This document shows, one piece after another, positions 1 through 12,294 of a stretch of DNA of 64,000 nt. Made by a program: the position numbers and the translations under genes. This DNA comes from Octopus sinensis (lineage: Eukaryota). The notes under the pieces are model-generated. The model was not told the DNA's origin and ran no database searches. It worked only from the letters and a program-made list of their open reading frames with translations. How positions within the stretch are numbered: the stretch's first letter is position 1; each line of letters opens with the position of its first letter. Where the stretch lies: assembly GCF_006345805.1 (NCBI RefSeq), contig NC_042997.1:104842001-104906000 (forward strand). Direction: 5' to 3'.

Positions 1-505
1 TCTGATTGCAGCTCCTGTGAAATCCGGCTTTGTGAACAGTTTTTGTGGAAACTGGGTTTTCGAGGTCGTCATTATGCTCCGCACTAATTTTTGGAGTTGT
101 ACTTTAGTGATCCTCTCTAACAATTCGCGTAAGCGTCCGACGGTCCCAATCTGAAAGTTTTGGTTTTCTTCCGGAGTTCTCTTTTGACGAGCAGGTTTTT
201 CCCTCTTTCTCAAAGGCTGCCATTACTTTCGAGACAGTACTTCTTGATACATCAAATATTTCGGCTGTTTTCGTTACACTAGCGCCTGCCATACGAGCAC
301 TAACAATTTGACCTCTTTGAAAGTCCGATAGATCTGTCAAATGAATTTTAATAACCCTTTTCTGATGATATCTGAAAAGAAACAGAAATTTTGCAAAACA
401 TATTAAGTAACACTAATCATAATTTTTTTTAAAAAGAAATAAACAAGTATTTCATGGTTTTATAGATATTTCAAAATTGTGATGCTATGTTGCTAGGTTT
501 TTCCC

Positions 506-509
<4 letters not shown>
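1..509 (-). mobile_element. Tc1-like DNA transposon remnant, running off the window start; transposase N-terminal HTH region at 104-340 with premature stop
   Basis: ORF MTDLSDFQRGQIVSARMAGASVTKTA...SGRKPKLS...RTLTRIVREDH is a typical Tc1 paired-like/HTH N-terminus. 330-505 aligns by eye with 53820-54000. The terminal repeat is degraded and runs into (TA)n. Confidence 0.85.
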
Positions 510-560
<51 letters not shown>

Positions 561-562
561 TG

Positions 563-638
<76 letters not shown>

Positions 639-664
639 TATAGATAGATAGATAGATAGATAGA
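510..664. repeat. Compound microsatellite (TA)n-(GA)n-(GATA)n
   Basis: Read directly from sequence. Confidence 0.97.
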
Positions 665-864
665 TGATACAACTTAGTGGTTTATCAAACATTGACTGAG
701 GCTTGGGCTTATGTGCGATATACATCACAAGTTCTTTATCACTGCAGACAATATAAACAGAATGAATAAACAGAATAAATAGACTGCCGGCAGAGAGGTT
801 CTAAGAGCCAAACGCGTCGTGTTCGACGCGCGGGAGCTACAGGTATGGGACAAAAATAAGGTAG

Positions 865-1419
865 TCAAACATGTATCGGCGGGGAAGATATAAGTAACAG
901 ACGATGAGTTAGCCGGCCTAAAGATGAATACTGGTGTAGAATCGGTAAGTCTAGAATCGAATAAAGTAGAGGTAGAAAGTATGAAGATGAACTGAGAGCA
1001 TGTATATAGGTAAAAAAAGTCGTGAGTATTAGAAAGGACTTCAAAGCTAATGTCTTAACTATGAGAATACTTCTCCCCAGACTCTTCGACACTACGCTCG
1101 TAGTGTACTTTATCCGAATTTGTCCGAAATTTGACAAGTGCGCCAAGGTATGACGTAGTAAAACACTCGATGCGCTCTTGAGGGAAGACAAGTAACGTAA
1201 ATACCGAACAACCATACACCCTTTGAAAGACTGCATTAAACTGCGTATATCTGATTCCAGGCAGATAGGTATATATGACTTTTCAACGGCACTTCCCGAA
1301 CTTGCTATGAGGCACCCAAAATTAAAGACTGCGTTTTCGAAATCTTGGATAACTCTATGTCGCGAAAGGCAGTGCAAATATTCGATGTCATCTAAAATGA
1401 CAGGCGGTATGTCCTGACA
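865..1419 (-). other. Unassigned non-repetitive open frame (185 codons stop-to-stop; annotated start is TTG)
   Basis: Stop-free frame CQDIPPVILDDIEYLHCLSRHRV...SSPPIHV* in complex sequence; no family recognised. Confidence 0.25.
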
Positions 1420-1529
1420 TTACGATAAGTCAACGGGAGTGAACCTACACACATATGCATATTCAATCATGGGATTGTTGGCCCTTTTGCCAAGCTGGAT
1501 ATTAAGAAAGCATCGTGAAATAACCCAGC

Positions 1530-2135
1530 GAAGTGAGCTGGTACAAGGAATACTTACCAAATGTCTCAAAGAATGACAAGATGACTACGTTCTGGGAAAT
1601 TCAAACTAATAAGAATAAGGAGATCAGGCAACTCATCTAATTCAGTGGTTCTGAGTCAGTTTTTACTTATGGACAACTTTAATGCCTATTTTAACGCTAC
1701 TGGACTGATAGAGCCATTTGCTGTATATAAAAGGATCTTATTGTAATTTTGTAATTAAATATTATTCGAAATTGCATAAAAATTAGAATATTTTGTGCAT
1801 TGTATAAGTATAATGAATTTATTGAACACAAATTTTAACAACAAAATCATAGATGGACCTTCAAAGGCATATGAAGCAATGACTGTATGAACCCCAGTTG
1901 AGAGGATCTGGTGTATATAATTATTGTTAGCGTCCATAAAACTCATAAATGTCTCGCTACTGTTGTATCAGCTCTACCGTTTAAGATATATCTAAAAGAA
2001 ATACTCAAACGAATCTAATATAAATATATGTACATAGAGATAAGCACGAGCTGGAGACTGGAAACAAAAATCAATCCCTATAAGAATAGGTGCGTTTGGA
2101 ATAATTGAAAGGAAAATGCAGATAAAAGCATAACC
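1530..2135 (+). mobile_element. Decayed C-terminal restriction-like endonuclease region of an R4/CRE-type non-LTR retrotransposon, interrupted by a MITE
   Basis: Translated pieces WYKEYLPNVSKNDKMTTFWEIQTNK, IIVSVHKTHKCLATVVSALP and KYMYIEISTSWRLETK-IPIRIGAFGII resemble the RLE consensus W.EH.P..V.EN....LWD..IQTD / PDIVV.D.....C..IDV / Y.DL.IE....W......P..VGALG. Confidence 0.5.
1643..1910. mobile_element. Degenerate hAT-like MITE
   Basis: Left end CAGTGGTTCTGA; right end agttgagaggatctg is a degenerate reverse complement. No intact 8-bp TSD. Confidence 0.45.
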
Positions 2136-2569
2136 AAAAGCACAACGCTTGCACACATAAACGACATAAAGGAAATATAAGAGACAGTGCACAGAGAATG
2201 TCAATATAATAAAAGCACAGCCAGAAAAAAGGAAACACTTTTTTATACTCTGCGCGCAGTGACGCGCTCAGCGGTGCAGTGAAAGCACGCAATAAAATAC
2301 GACTGCTAAATAACAACAACAACAACAACATTGATAGTGAATCTAATTTAGGCATATGGCTTGAAATTATTAGAGAAGAGATTTGTTTGAGTGCATCGGG
2401 CACAGAACTTGCCTCTCACTTAATTTATCAAGCCCGAATGAGACGAAATCAGAAGTTTACCTCGCGAGAATTTGAACTCAGTGCGTAAAGGCCAGATAAA
2501 AATACTGGGAATCATCTTCTTTACTGGCGGTGTTAACGAATCTGCCAATCGATCTTACTTCTTTAAATT

Positions 2570-2938
2570 GGGTAAAATACCAGATTTTAACATCGACCCC
2601 ACTAGTATTTGATTTTACTTTATTTCATCGATGAAAAGTAAAGTTCATGGCAGTGATACTGGATATCAGCGCGTAAAGAGCCGCAAGAAATACTGCTAAT
2701 GATTTTGTCTGGCGTTCGAACGTTTCTTATTTCTTTTTCGCCCATAAGGGGCTCAACATAGAGGAGACAAACAAGGACAGATAGACGGATTAAGTCGATT
2801 ACATTGACCCCAGTGAGTAACTGGTACTTAATTCATCGACCTCGAAATGATGAAAGGCAAAGTCGATCTCGGCGGAATTTGAACTCAGAACGTAATGGCA
2901 GACGAAATGCCGCCTGGCGTTCTACTGTTTCTGCCAAC
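2570..2938 (-). mobile_element. tRNA-derived SINE family A, two abutting units (one well preserved, one decayed)
   Basis: B-box-like GAGTTCAAATTCC, central GACTTTGCCTTTCAT..CGAGGTCGAT block, tail ...CCCCTTATGGGCGAAAAAGAAATAAG joined to a second head at ~2726. Confidence 0.85.
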
Positions 2939-3437
2939 AGGCAGCTTTATTAATAATCCTTTCTATTATAGGCAAAACACCTGAAATTTGGTGGCAGTGG
3001 GTAAGTCATTAATATCGCCCCTGATGCGGTACTGGTATTTCATCGATGCCAAAAGGCTATAAGCCAAAGTCGGATCCGGCGTAATTTGAACTCAGAACTC
3101 AGACGGACAAAATGCATTTAAGCATTTTATCCGCAGTACTAATGATTCTACTAGCTCGCCGCTTTAACAATAACAACAATTCTTTTTTACTGTAGGCACA
3201 CAGACTGAATACAGCTACCCAATAGATACTTATTGTATCCACCCCGAAAGGATGTGGAACACTGAACGTAAAGACGGACGAGTTTACCAGCCTACTGCCT
3301 TAACAATAACGTATCTTTACAGGCAGGCATGTATGTATGTATGTATGTATGTATGTATGTATGTATGTATGTATGTATGTATGTATGTATGTATGAATGT
3401 ATGATGTATGTATGTATGTATATATGTATGTATGTAA

Positions 3438-3745
3438 AAACGTCGACCTTTTCGAGCCTATCCAGGGACCAGGGCCCGGTTTCCCGGTTTCTGTGGCGTA
3501 TGTGTTCCCCCCAGCTGGACGGGACGCCAGTCCATCGCAGCGTTACTCAAGAAACAGGAAGAGAGAGTGAGAGAAAGTTGTGGCGAAAGAGTACAACAGG
3601 GGTTGCCACCACCTCCTGCCGAAGCATCGTGGAGCATTTTAGGTGTTTTCGGTCAATAAACACACACAACGCCTGGTCTGGGAATCGAAACCGCGATCCT
3701 CCGACAGCGAGACCGCAGCCCAAACTACTGGGCCATTGCGCCTCC

Positions 3746-3747
<2 letters not shown>
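3438..3747 (-). mobile_element. tRNA-derived SINE (family C body, GCGATGGACTGGCG tail) between (TATG)n and (TA)n
   Basis: Head GGAGGCGCAATGGCCCAGTAG...GGTTTCGATTCCC with A/B-box-like motifs. Body shared with 47232-47497; tail shared with 46336-46595. Confidence 0.8.
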
Positions 3748-3825
<78 letters not shown>

Positions 3826-3850
3826 TATTATGTATATATGTATATGTATA

Positions 3851-3906
<56 letters not shown>

Positions 3907-3908
3907 TA

Positions 3909-3985
<77 letters not shown>
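3748..3985. repeat. Long (TA)n microsatellite, representative of many (TA)n, (CA)n and (TATG)n tracts in the window
   Basis: Read directly from sequence. Confidence 0.97.
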
Positions 3986-3989
<4 letters not shown>

Positions 3990-4594
3990 TGTGTGTGATG
4001 TCTGCACGTATTTATCTCTGTGGGTTCGCGAGCATGTTGCTGGCGTGTGTGCATGTATTTTGTTGTTTCATATTCTTTCTCATACACAGTTCCGGATATA
4101 TCGTACTTCTATACGGTGACAACTTCCAAAGGAATACACATACAACAGAAATTTCAAAGCGGAATAAATATACGCCACACCATACAAAATCTCAAAAGAA
4201 TACGATAAACATTTCATTCAGATCCTTATTTGATTTCTTTATCATTTGTTATATTCTCTGCTGTTGTGTTTTGTATTTGTTTACCTCACTGAAGTTGAAC
4301 TGCAAACATCTATTTGATTTTAATGCACGAATATATTGTACGTGAGTATACGCTTGTTTGTTTATTTGTTCGCTTGTTTGTGCGTGTGTTTGTCTGTTGG
4401 GGGGGGGGCATAAGTGTCTGTGTGTGTGTGTGTGTGTGTGCAAGTGTGTGAAATTTTGTTTAAATTGTTTGTTGAGAGCTAATTGGTTCCTGTGAATCTT
4501 TACATATTCATTTGCGATTGTTTTTATTCCATTTGTTTCACTTTCACTTTTGCGTGTTTAGTTATTAGTTATTTAATATATAAATAAATATACG

Positions 4595-4631
<37 letters not shown>

Positions 4632-4656
4632 ATATATGTATATATATAACACTGTA

Positions 4657-4699
<43 letters not shown>

Positions 4700-4790
4700 A
4701 TAGAGGATATACACCTCGATATAATGAGCTCAGGATCGAGGAGCAAATATCAGATGTCTCGCCATGGTAATCTGAATGAGAATATAGTAT

Positions 4791-4838
<48 letters not shown>

Positions 4839-5186
4839 ATACACACACATGCACACACACACATGCATACACACACACACACATGTAAATGTATTTATTC
4901 TCTGTTGTTTTCCTTTTTCTCTTAGCTTTATTATTTCTTTTAGTCTTCTTATTTCGTGTTTAAACCCCTGTTCTTCGAATGCATATTTGCACGTATGTAT
5001 CAGTGACTCTGTGTGTATGCGTTTGCGTATACGTTAATGTATGTGAGCATGGCTGCACATATAAATACATATAAAAAAACAAAACACATTACGAATATGC
5101 TTTTGAAAGTAGACAACGTTAGGATGAAAATCGTCGTACTCCCCTCTCCAACACCTCCTCCTTCTCCACATCCACCTGCTATTCAT

Positions 5187-5187
<1 letters not shown>

Positions 5188-5235
<48 letters not shown>

Positions 5236-5317
5236 GTATTATTATTATTATTATTATCATTATTGCTGTTGTCATCATTATTATTGTCATCATCATTATC
5301 ATTAATATCACCATTAC

Positions 5318-5363
<46 letters not shown>

Positions 5364-5404
5364 TTTGTTATTATTATTATTATTATCATCATTATTATTA
5401 TTAA

Positions 5405-5464
<60 letters not shown>

Positions 5465-5467
5465 CAT
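5188..5467. repeat. (AAT)n tract joined through a single G to an (ATT)n tract
   Basis: (ATA)n 5188-5235, G5236, then (TAT)n with interruptions to ~5467. Confidence 0.95.
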
Positions 5468-6533
5468 TGAGACAGAATAATGGAACCGCCATAGAGAGGG
5501 TAGGGTTAGAGTGGGAAATCAGGAACGCTTAAAGGCTCAGGCTTTTCAAGTGCAGGGGCGAAGTAAATGAAGCGGTACCAAATAGGTATCTAAATGGATT
5601 CAGTTTTATGAACATTTAAGATCTTTTGTCATTGTCATCGACAATAATTGCAGTGACAAAAGGATCACTAGGTGGTCAACACGACCTCCTAGAAACAAAA
5701 GTTGTATTTCTCTCAAATCACATTATATCATGTCAGATAAAAGAAAAGAAAGGGTTCATGGGATAAAGTAAAAGTTAGATATAAGATGGCTGTAAAGCCA
5801 AATAAAATTAAAGGATGGATTGGTTACAGTTGAAACAGTCTGTTGCCCTGGAGTAACAGGAAATCTTAGCACCGATAAGTATTACATAAGCAATGGAATA
5901 AGAAGATTTTATAATTATAAGTATCAGGACGGACCACTATTCGAAGCAAATAATCTGCAAAGGTAGAACTAATGAAGAGGCCTCCTTGTCGCTCAATCTG
6001 ATCGAAATATCAGCTATCTGTTTTGCTTCACAAAACATCGAGTAACTTAAAGAAAGAAGCTTTGGACAATGTAATCTTTTACGGGATGGTCACGGATGGA
6101 ATACATTTATTCGTTGGTGGCCTCAATAATTTTTGAATTGGTGTAAAACAGCCACACCCGTAACAAATCGCTTACTTTGTCACCAGTCACACAAATTATG
6201 TGACACAGATGATCGTGTTGTCGCGTATTCACCGGTTTCAGCTCAGAAACGTTATCATCTGACTATGTATATATAATAAGCTAGTGTCTTTAGAATGTAC
6301 TGAACATACATATATCGTATGGCTAATGCTAGATTTTTTAAGTAATATACTTGAGTAATTGTATCATGTATTTTTATTTTCTATCCAGAATGATCCAGTG
6401 TGGAATACTTCCCTCAACTCTACTGTTATGTTCATGGTCTTTAAACGATACTTTGTTACATCATTTTGAGCCCTGAATCCAGCCCGGACCTGCTTTAATC
6501 TGATGGCCGATAAAATAAATCAGTAGTTTATGA

Positions 6534-6665
6534 TGGCTTAGTGGTCAGGGTATTCGGTTCGTGATCGTAAGATTGTGAGTTCAATACTTGGCGTACATTG
6601 TGTTCCTGAGCAAGATACTCTGTTTCACTTTGCTCCAGTCCACTCAGCTGGCTAAAATGATTTTT
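6534..6665 (+). mobile_element. tRNA-derived SINE head plus family D body, 3'-truncated
   Basis: TGGCTTAGTGG...GAGTTCAATAC head; body TGTGTTCCTGAGCAAGATACT...CTCCAGTCCACTCAGCTGG as in 46336-46595. Confidence 0.7.
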
Positions 6666-6877
6666 TTGTTTAACCCCTCGCCCTCTCAAACGTATGTACT
6701 ATCAGACGTTGCTGAATATTTATTTTGCAGTTTTATGACTGAATGGTTGAATCGTCAGAGTGGCGGAGAGGATTTTGCTGAAATTGCTCATGCTCCCGCA
6801 GATTTGTGTTCAAATGCCGCCATGAACTTTGCCCGTCTTCCTCGTAGGGCTGATTTAGTTGCAGTCTAGTACAGCTG

Positions 6878-7100
6878 CTTCTTCTTCTTCTTCTTCTTCT
6901 TCTTCTTCTTCTTCTTCTTCTTCTTCTTCTTCTTCTTCTCTTCTTCTTCTCTTCTCTTCTTCTTTTTCTTCTTTCTTTTTTTTCTTTTCTTCTTCTTCTT
7001 CTTCTTTCTTCTTCTTCTTTCTTCTCTCTTCTTCTTCTTCTCCTTCTTCTTCTTCTTCTTCTTCCTCCCCCTCCTTCTCCTCCTCCTCCTCCTCCTCCTT
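6878..7100. repeat. Polypyrimidine (CTT)n/(CCT)n tract
   Basis: Read directly from sequence. Confidence 0.95.
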
Positions 7101-8049
7101 TCTCACACTTTCTCTATCGCTTCCATAATTGAGTATGGCTAACAAAGATGGTAGCTTGTACAAAACACAACAGTAAAAAAAAGAAACCCCACCCACCAAA
7201 GAAAACACCCAAAGAAACAAAACAAACCTTCAAAAGAAAGCAAACAAGAATCTAACATTTTAATACTCCCATGAAAACTGCATGAGATGCAAAATGGTAT
7301 TTGTCGAATAAATAAACAAGAATTGTCTCATCAATCTGAAGGCAAAAAGATGGACGTGGTCACAAATTAGGCGCGGTGGTGATGTCCTGAATAAATCGAC
7401 TCTTTATTTGATTGTTAGTTATTTCATCTTCCCCTTCTTCTCAACTGATGAAGGTAATAGAAATTGATCCTGTTCGAACTCATAAAGTAAAGAGACACAA
7501 CTAAATGTTTCGTGGTATTTTAACTAGTAGTCTACTTATACTACGATACAACATTGCTATCTTTTTCAATAATAATTTTCTAAGTTGTTACATAATCTAA
7601 CCCATGTGTTTTTATTTCCAACTTTCAAAACGGATTCGAAATGTAAACCATTGCACTGTGAGGGAGCTTCAAAGATTTAAGTCTGTTTAATAGAACCAGC
7701 AACCAAGTGCGTCCAACTCACAGCTGTCTGTCTTGAACTGAAGTCTCAGTAGATAAAATAGATAAGGATGGACTTTTCCTGAAGCAAATATAAGTTGGTT
7801 ATGACTAGAATGTGCATGATCATAGGCTTACTCAATAGCGGCTTCGCTGGCACTATTCACCGCCAACAACAACTAAGACAACAACAAGAATCTCAAAGCT
7901 TACATAGCTATTTCAATCCAGAATTTGCCACTCTTATATACATATGTAAGGTTTAAACTAGCATTGAGATCTGTAATACTTTTAACTTAATTCTTCGCTA
8001 AACGGTTTTACAGAAAAAAAGGGAAAAAAGAAGAAGAAAGAAGGAAAAG

Positions 8050-8400
8050 GAAAGAGAAAAGAAGAAAGAAGAGGTGAAGGGAGACATACTGAACACTTCC
8101 GAAAAAGAAATAAGGGAAAACGAAACAAATGTCATGCGTATAACATATCTAAAACCTACTAGTTCTGGAATGGAGTATTTCAAAGATCCATCCTCTATCG
8201 CACAATATTTCGCTTGTGCATGTTAGACTTCTATCACACTAACTCAGCATATGCAAAGTTCATATTTAGTGGACATCACAACACGTAACCCATCACCCGG
8301 CTATTCTCCTGACCCAACGGCACAACTAACTGATCTAATCTGGCACCAGGACAGCAATTGTAAAGCAGCACTTACCAAATTACCATCGATCCTTCGTTGA
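8050..8400 (+). mobile_element. Possible decayed gag-like ORF1 fragment of an I/Nimb/Jockey-type LINE
   Basis: GDILNTSEKEIRENETNVMRIT resembles the ORF1 D.L..SE.EI.....V..V.RI pattern; downstream GHH and HQDSNCK resemble eroded CCHC knuckles. Weak. Confidence 0.3.
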
Positions 8401-8493
8401 ATACATTTTTAGAGAACATCGAATACAGCTAATTATCACAACCAACAACATATACATACTACACAATTAACGAAGACAGATATACCACACACT

Positions 8494-8649
8494 GAGTGGC
8501 TGTGTAGTAAGTAGCTTGCTTACGAACCACATGGTGCCGGGTTCGGTCCCACTGCGTGGCACCTTGGGCAAGTGTTTTCTACTATAACCTCTGGCCGATC
8601 AAAGCCTTGTGAGTGGATTTGGTAGACGGAAACTGAAAGAAGCCAATCG

Positions 8650-8711
<62 letters not shown>

Positions 8712-8913
8712 CCTGTGTTTCTCCCCTAACATCGCCTGAAAACCTATGCTGGTTTGTTTACGTCCCCGTAACTTAGCGGTTCGGCAAAAGAGACAAATAG
8801 AATAAGTACTAGGCTTACAAAGAATAAGTCCTGGGGTCGATTTTCTCGACTAACGGCGCTGCTCCAGCATGGCCACAGTCAAATGACTGAAACAAGTAAA
8901 GAGAGTAAAAGAG
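8494..8913 (+). mobile_element. tRNA-derived SINE family B, near full length, with internal (TA)n(TG)n
   Basis: Head GTGGCTGTGTAG...GGTTCGGTCCC, CACCTTGGGCAAGTG block, GGAAACTGAAAGAAGCC, internal microsatellite, 3' end CAGTCAAATGACTGAAACAAGTAAA. Confidence 0.9.
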
Positions 8914-9800
8914 TATAACACATCCACAACATTAACTTAGTATGTAGGGAAAGAGTAAAGACATCAAAACGATGAACAAGCATAATTAGAACCGCCCACA
9001 GGCACTCAATTTGACCACACACATCACACACACACATCGACCACCAACAAAACGAAAGAAAGAAAAATACTAAAAGTGAAACATCAACCGGATATGAGAA
9101 AGATACAATTAATTGCTGCAGAATACCCTCCCTCGCCGCCGCCGCCACCACCGCTGCCATAACTACACATATGCCGCACACACAATAACATTACATTCAT
9201 GTTCATATATATATATATATATATATGTAAATTGAGAATGTACATAGTCATTGCACTAAGTTCCATCATACCAATTTTCAGCACGACTAAAATTTAGCTA
9301 TGAAGTTTTAGTCGAGGCGGAAAGTGGTAACGCAAAAACTCTACGTCTTTAAAAGAACCTTCCCTAGATAAGATAGCGTAGACTAAATGCGTTTAACAAC
9401 ATAAAAACATTAACTATGTGACATTGATGATGTCTACACGATAAACTACGTCTAACGCAAAATTCTAAATGCATAAAAGTGTATAAAATTTGAGTCCTTG
9501 ATTGTGGTAATTATCTGTATGTTTTCTATTAATTCTTCTGTCCTCGCGTTTGAATATATGTATATTAACTTTTTCGGGTCCCAAAGAATGTGTGAACATG
9601 TATACTTGCAACTCACCAGAAGAAGAAAACATAATCGTAAAAACTACTACTCCTATTCACGCTGAACAAATATGAAAGCCACATAGACAAATGTAAGTAG
9701 CAGCAGCTCCCCAAAATCCTCAATAGTCGCAGAATTGTGAAAATCAACACTACTTAAAAAAACATTCGCAGAACTATATATATATATATGTTTATATATA

Positions 9801-10180
9801 TCTTTTATCTTTTTTATCTTTTACTTGTTTCAGTCATTTGACTGCGGCCATGCTGGAGCACCGCCTTTAGTCGAGCAAATCGACCCCGGGACTTATTCTT
9901 TGTAAGCCCAGTACTTATTCTATCGGTCTCTTTTGCCGAACCGCTAAGTTACGGGGACGTAAAAGCACCAGCATCGGTTGTCAAGCAATGCTAGGGGGAC
10001 AAACACAACACATATATATATAAATATATATACATATACGACGGCTTCTTTCAGTTTTCCGTCTACCAAATCCACTCACAAGGCATTGGTCGGCCCGGGG
10101 CAATAGCAAAGACACTTGCCCAAGATGCCACGCATGGGACTGAACCGGACCATGTGGTTTGGTTAGCAAGCTACTTACCA
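9801..10180 (-). mobile_element. SINE family B, head truncated
   Basis: Reverse-complement match to 8494-8913. Confidence 0.9.
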
Positions 10181-10184
10181 ATTT

Positions 10185-10358
10185 TTACCTCCCTCTTCCC
10201 TTCTTGGGATCTTTCCTTTTCCTATGTTTCTGACGAAGAGCTCCGCTCGAAACGTTAATCCCTCCTTCTTTCCTTACTTCCTGAGCGTCCAATAATACTA
10301 TATTTGTTCCACGTCCACGTGTTGTATTTTCTTTTTGTGTTTTCATGTTTGGATTAAC
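10185..10358 (+). mobile_element. Short solo Penelope-pLTR-like element carrying a hammerhead motif
   Basis: Contains CTGACGA-A-GAGC-TCC-GCTC-GAAA-CGTT and ends in (TA)n; same layout as the pLTRs at 49207 and 51237. Confidence 0.6.
10225..10260 (+). ncRNA. Minimal type-I hammerhead ribozyme motif, canonical CUGANGA core, weak stem I
   Basis: Core 10230-10236, 4-bp stem II, GAAA 10249-10252, palindromic ACGU helix III, predicted GUU cleavage triplet; stem I only 2 bp. Confidence 0.55.
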
Positions 10359-10415
<57 letters not shown>

Positions 10416-11800
10416 GAATGTATGTATGTATATATCTATCTATCTGTCTATATGTACATATAATTGATGTTTGTATTACAGTCACGATGAGAATCATAAA
10501 GAATCATTATCTGCTGCAGTAACATCAACAACTACAACGACAAACATCTGTATATGTACATACTACTTTTTAAACACTATTTGTCACATGCTAAATAAAA
10601 ACATTGCTTGATTTATTCTTTTACTAATTTCTTTTTATTTACTACTTTTCTTACCTTCAATTATTTCTTTGTTTATACGTTCCTCAATTGCTGTCCATAG
10701 AGATGACAGTGTGTCCTTCACATGAAATCTGACTCCTGTTTCAAAGTTCAACTATTTCATTTCAAGTTAAAGTAGTTCGTCGTATAGAGTAGCATAAATG
10801 AAGACATAAATGGCCACTAAACAAAGAAAGATAAAATGTCGGCTACTGAACATCTCTCCACACTTTCACACTAATTACCATTTCTGACAATTTGCTGAAT
10901 ATTTTGTTTCGTCAGGAGATCAGACCGAGATTTTTTCTCTTTGGTACGCTAAAATAAAGAGATTAGACGTGAAATAAAGAGATGAAGAAAGGGGATGAAT
11001 AGGCAAGAGACATTTAAAGGAATTCTCATTTCTAGAAGAACTTTAATATACACTGGTTATATATTTTACAATGTCCTCTGTAAATCATTCCACAAATAAA
11101 TAAAATGTTAATTACGGGTCGTTTGAGGAAGAGAAAATCATTTTACAGTTAGCTCCATTAAACACTGAAATTCCTCCTCGGGCACTTGCGAAATTCTTCC
11201 GTTCTTTCTTTCACATCTTCCATCCTTCTAATTTTTTTTAATTTCTATATTATTTGTGTGGTTTGTATACGGTGCAGTGGTTGTGAGGACTGAAAAAGGA
11301 GACGGACAAATTGCCGTTTAATAATAAAAATAAAACTAAAGCAGTTTTAAACTTTTTAACGTGTCCACACCATGGCCATACAAAAATCTCTGTTCTGACT
11401 TCTCTTAGACGTTCAGTTGAGGAATATAAATATGTTGACTAATATGTGTTGGTAGGGTAAGGCAGTGAGCTAGCAGAATCGCTAGGATACCAGCCAAAAT
11501 GATTAGCGGTATCTCGTCTGCCGTTACGTTCTGAGTTGGTTTAATCGACTTATCCGCCTCCCCGCAAAACTGTAGGCCTTGTATCAAAATTTGAAGTCTT
11601 TATATTTTGGTAGGGTTGGAGCTGGTATCAACATATTCATGTCAACGATCTTAAACACATGATGGAATGGAAGGATTATTTAAAATTCTATTTGATTGAG
11701 AGGATAAAAGGTTGTTGAGCCTAAACTTAGCTCTTATCGCCAAGATTTATAACCAAAGAGTCCTAGCCATGACCATTCTATTTCATTTTCAAATAATGTG

Positions 11801-11836
<36 letters not shown>

Positions 11837-11852
11837 CATGTATATCTATCTA

Positions 11853-11939
<87 letters not shown>

Positions 11940-11945
11940 TATATA

Positions 11946-11986
<41 letters not shown>

Positions 11987-12108
11987 CATACATGCACATA
12001 TATATATATATATATATATATATACAACATATATATATATATATAGATATATATATATATATATTATATATATATATATATATATTTATATATACGAGAG
12101 AGACAGAA

Positions 12109-12157
<49 letters not shown>

Positions 12158-12294
12158 AAATAACATATACATATAGCGGATGGTTATAGATATCACTCTA
12201 GTGCAAGAACAGTTATATGAAATGTATTACTTAATACTGTTTGACAGAATAGAAAAAATCCAAGAAACTTGAGTTAGAATGGGTTGAGGAACTA

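Noticed and set aside
1120-1175. LLRHTLAHL in the orphan ORF, resembling the tyrosine-recombinase HxLRH motif
   Set aside because: First His absent, and no other catalytic residues at the expected spacing.
3329-4345. 338-aa ORF and the many [12 protein letters not shown] and MYVC ORFs in the track
   Set aside because: Translations of (TA)n, (CA)n and (TATG)n microsatellites that lack stop codons, spliced with SINE sequence; no coding signal.
6700-6860. Exon-like segment after tttattttgcag (ORF 6588-6869)
   Set aside because: Sequence is a decayed family A SINE (GTTCAAATGCCGCC..AACTTTGCC).
5013-7220. Poly-N, poly-I, poly-L, poly-S and poly-E ORFs (also 17786-18354 and 59469-59864)
   Set aside because: Trinucleotide repeats open in several frames on both strands; no evidence of coding.
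8370-8410. CIQRRIDGNL (fibrinogen-domain-like) next to a GTAAGT donor on the minus strand
   Set aside because: In-frame TAA two codons upstream, no acceptor before it, and the rest of the domain is absent; the plus strand fits a LINE ORF1 remnant better.
9284-9314. 9-bp hairpin CGACTAAAA/TTTTAGTCG as a possible Helitron end or terminator
   Set aside because: No CTRR terminus at the expected distance, no 5' TC end identified, and Rho-independent terminators are irrelevant in this context.
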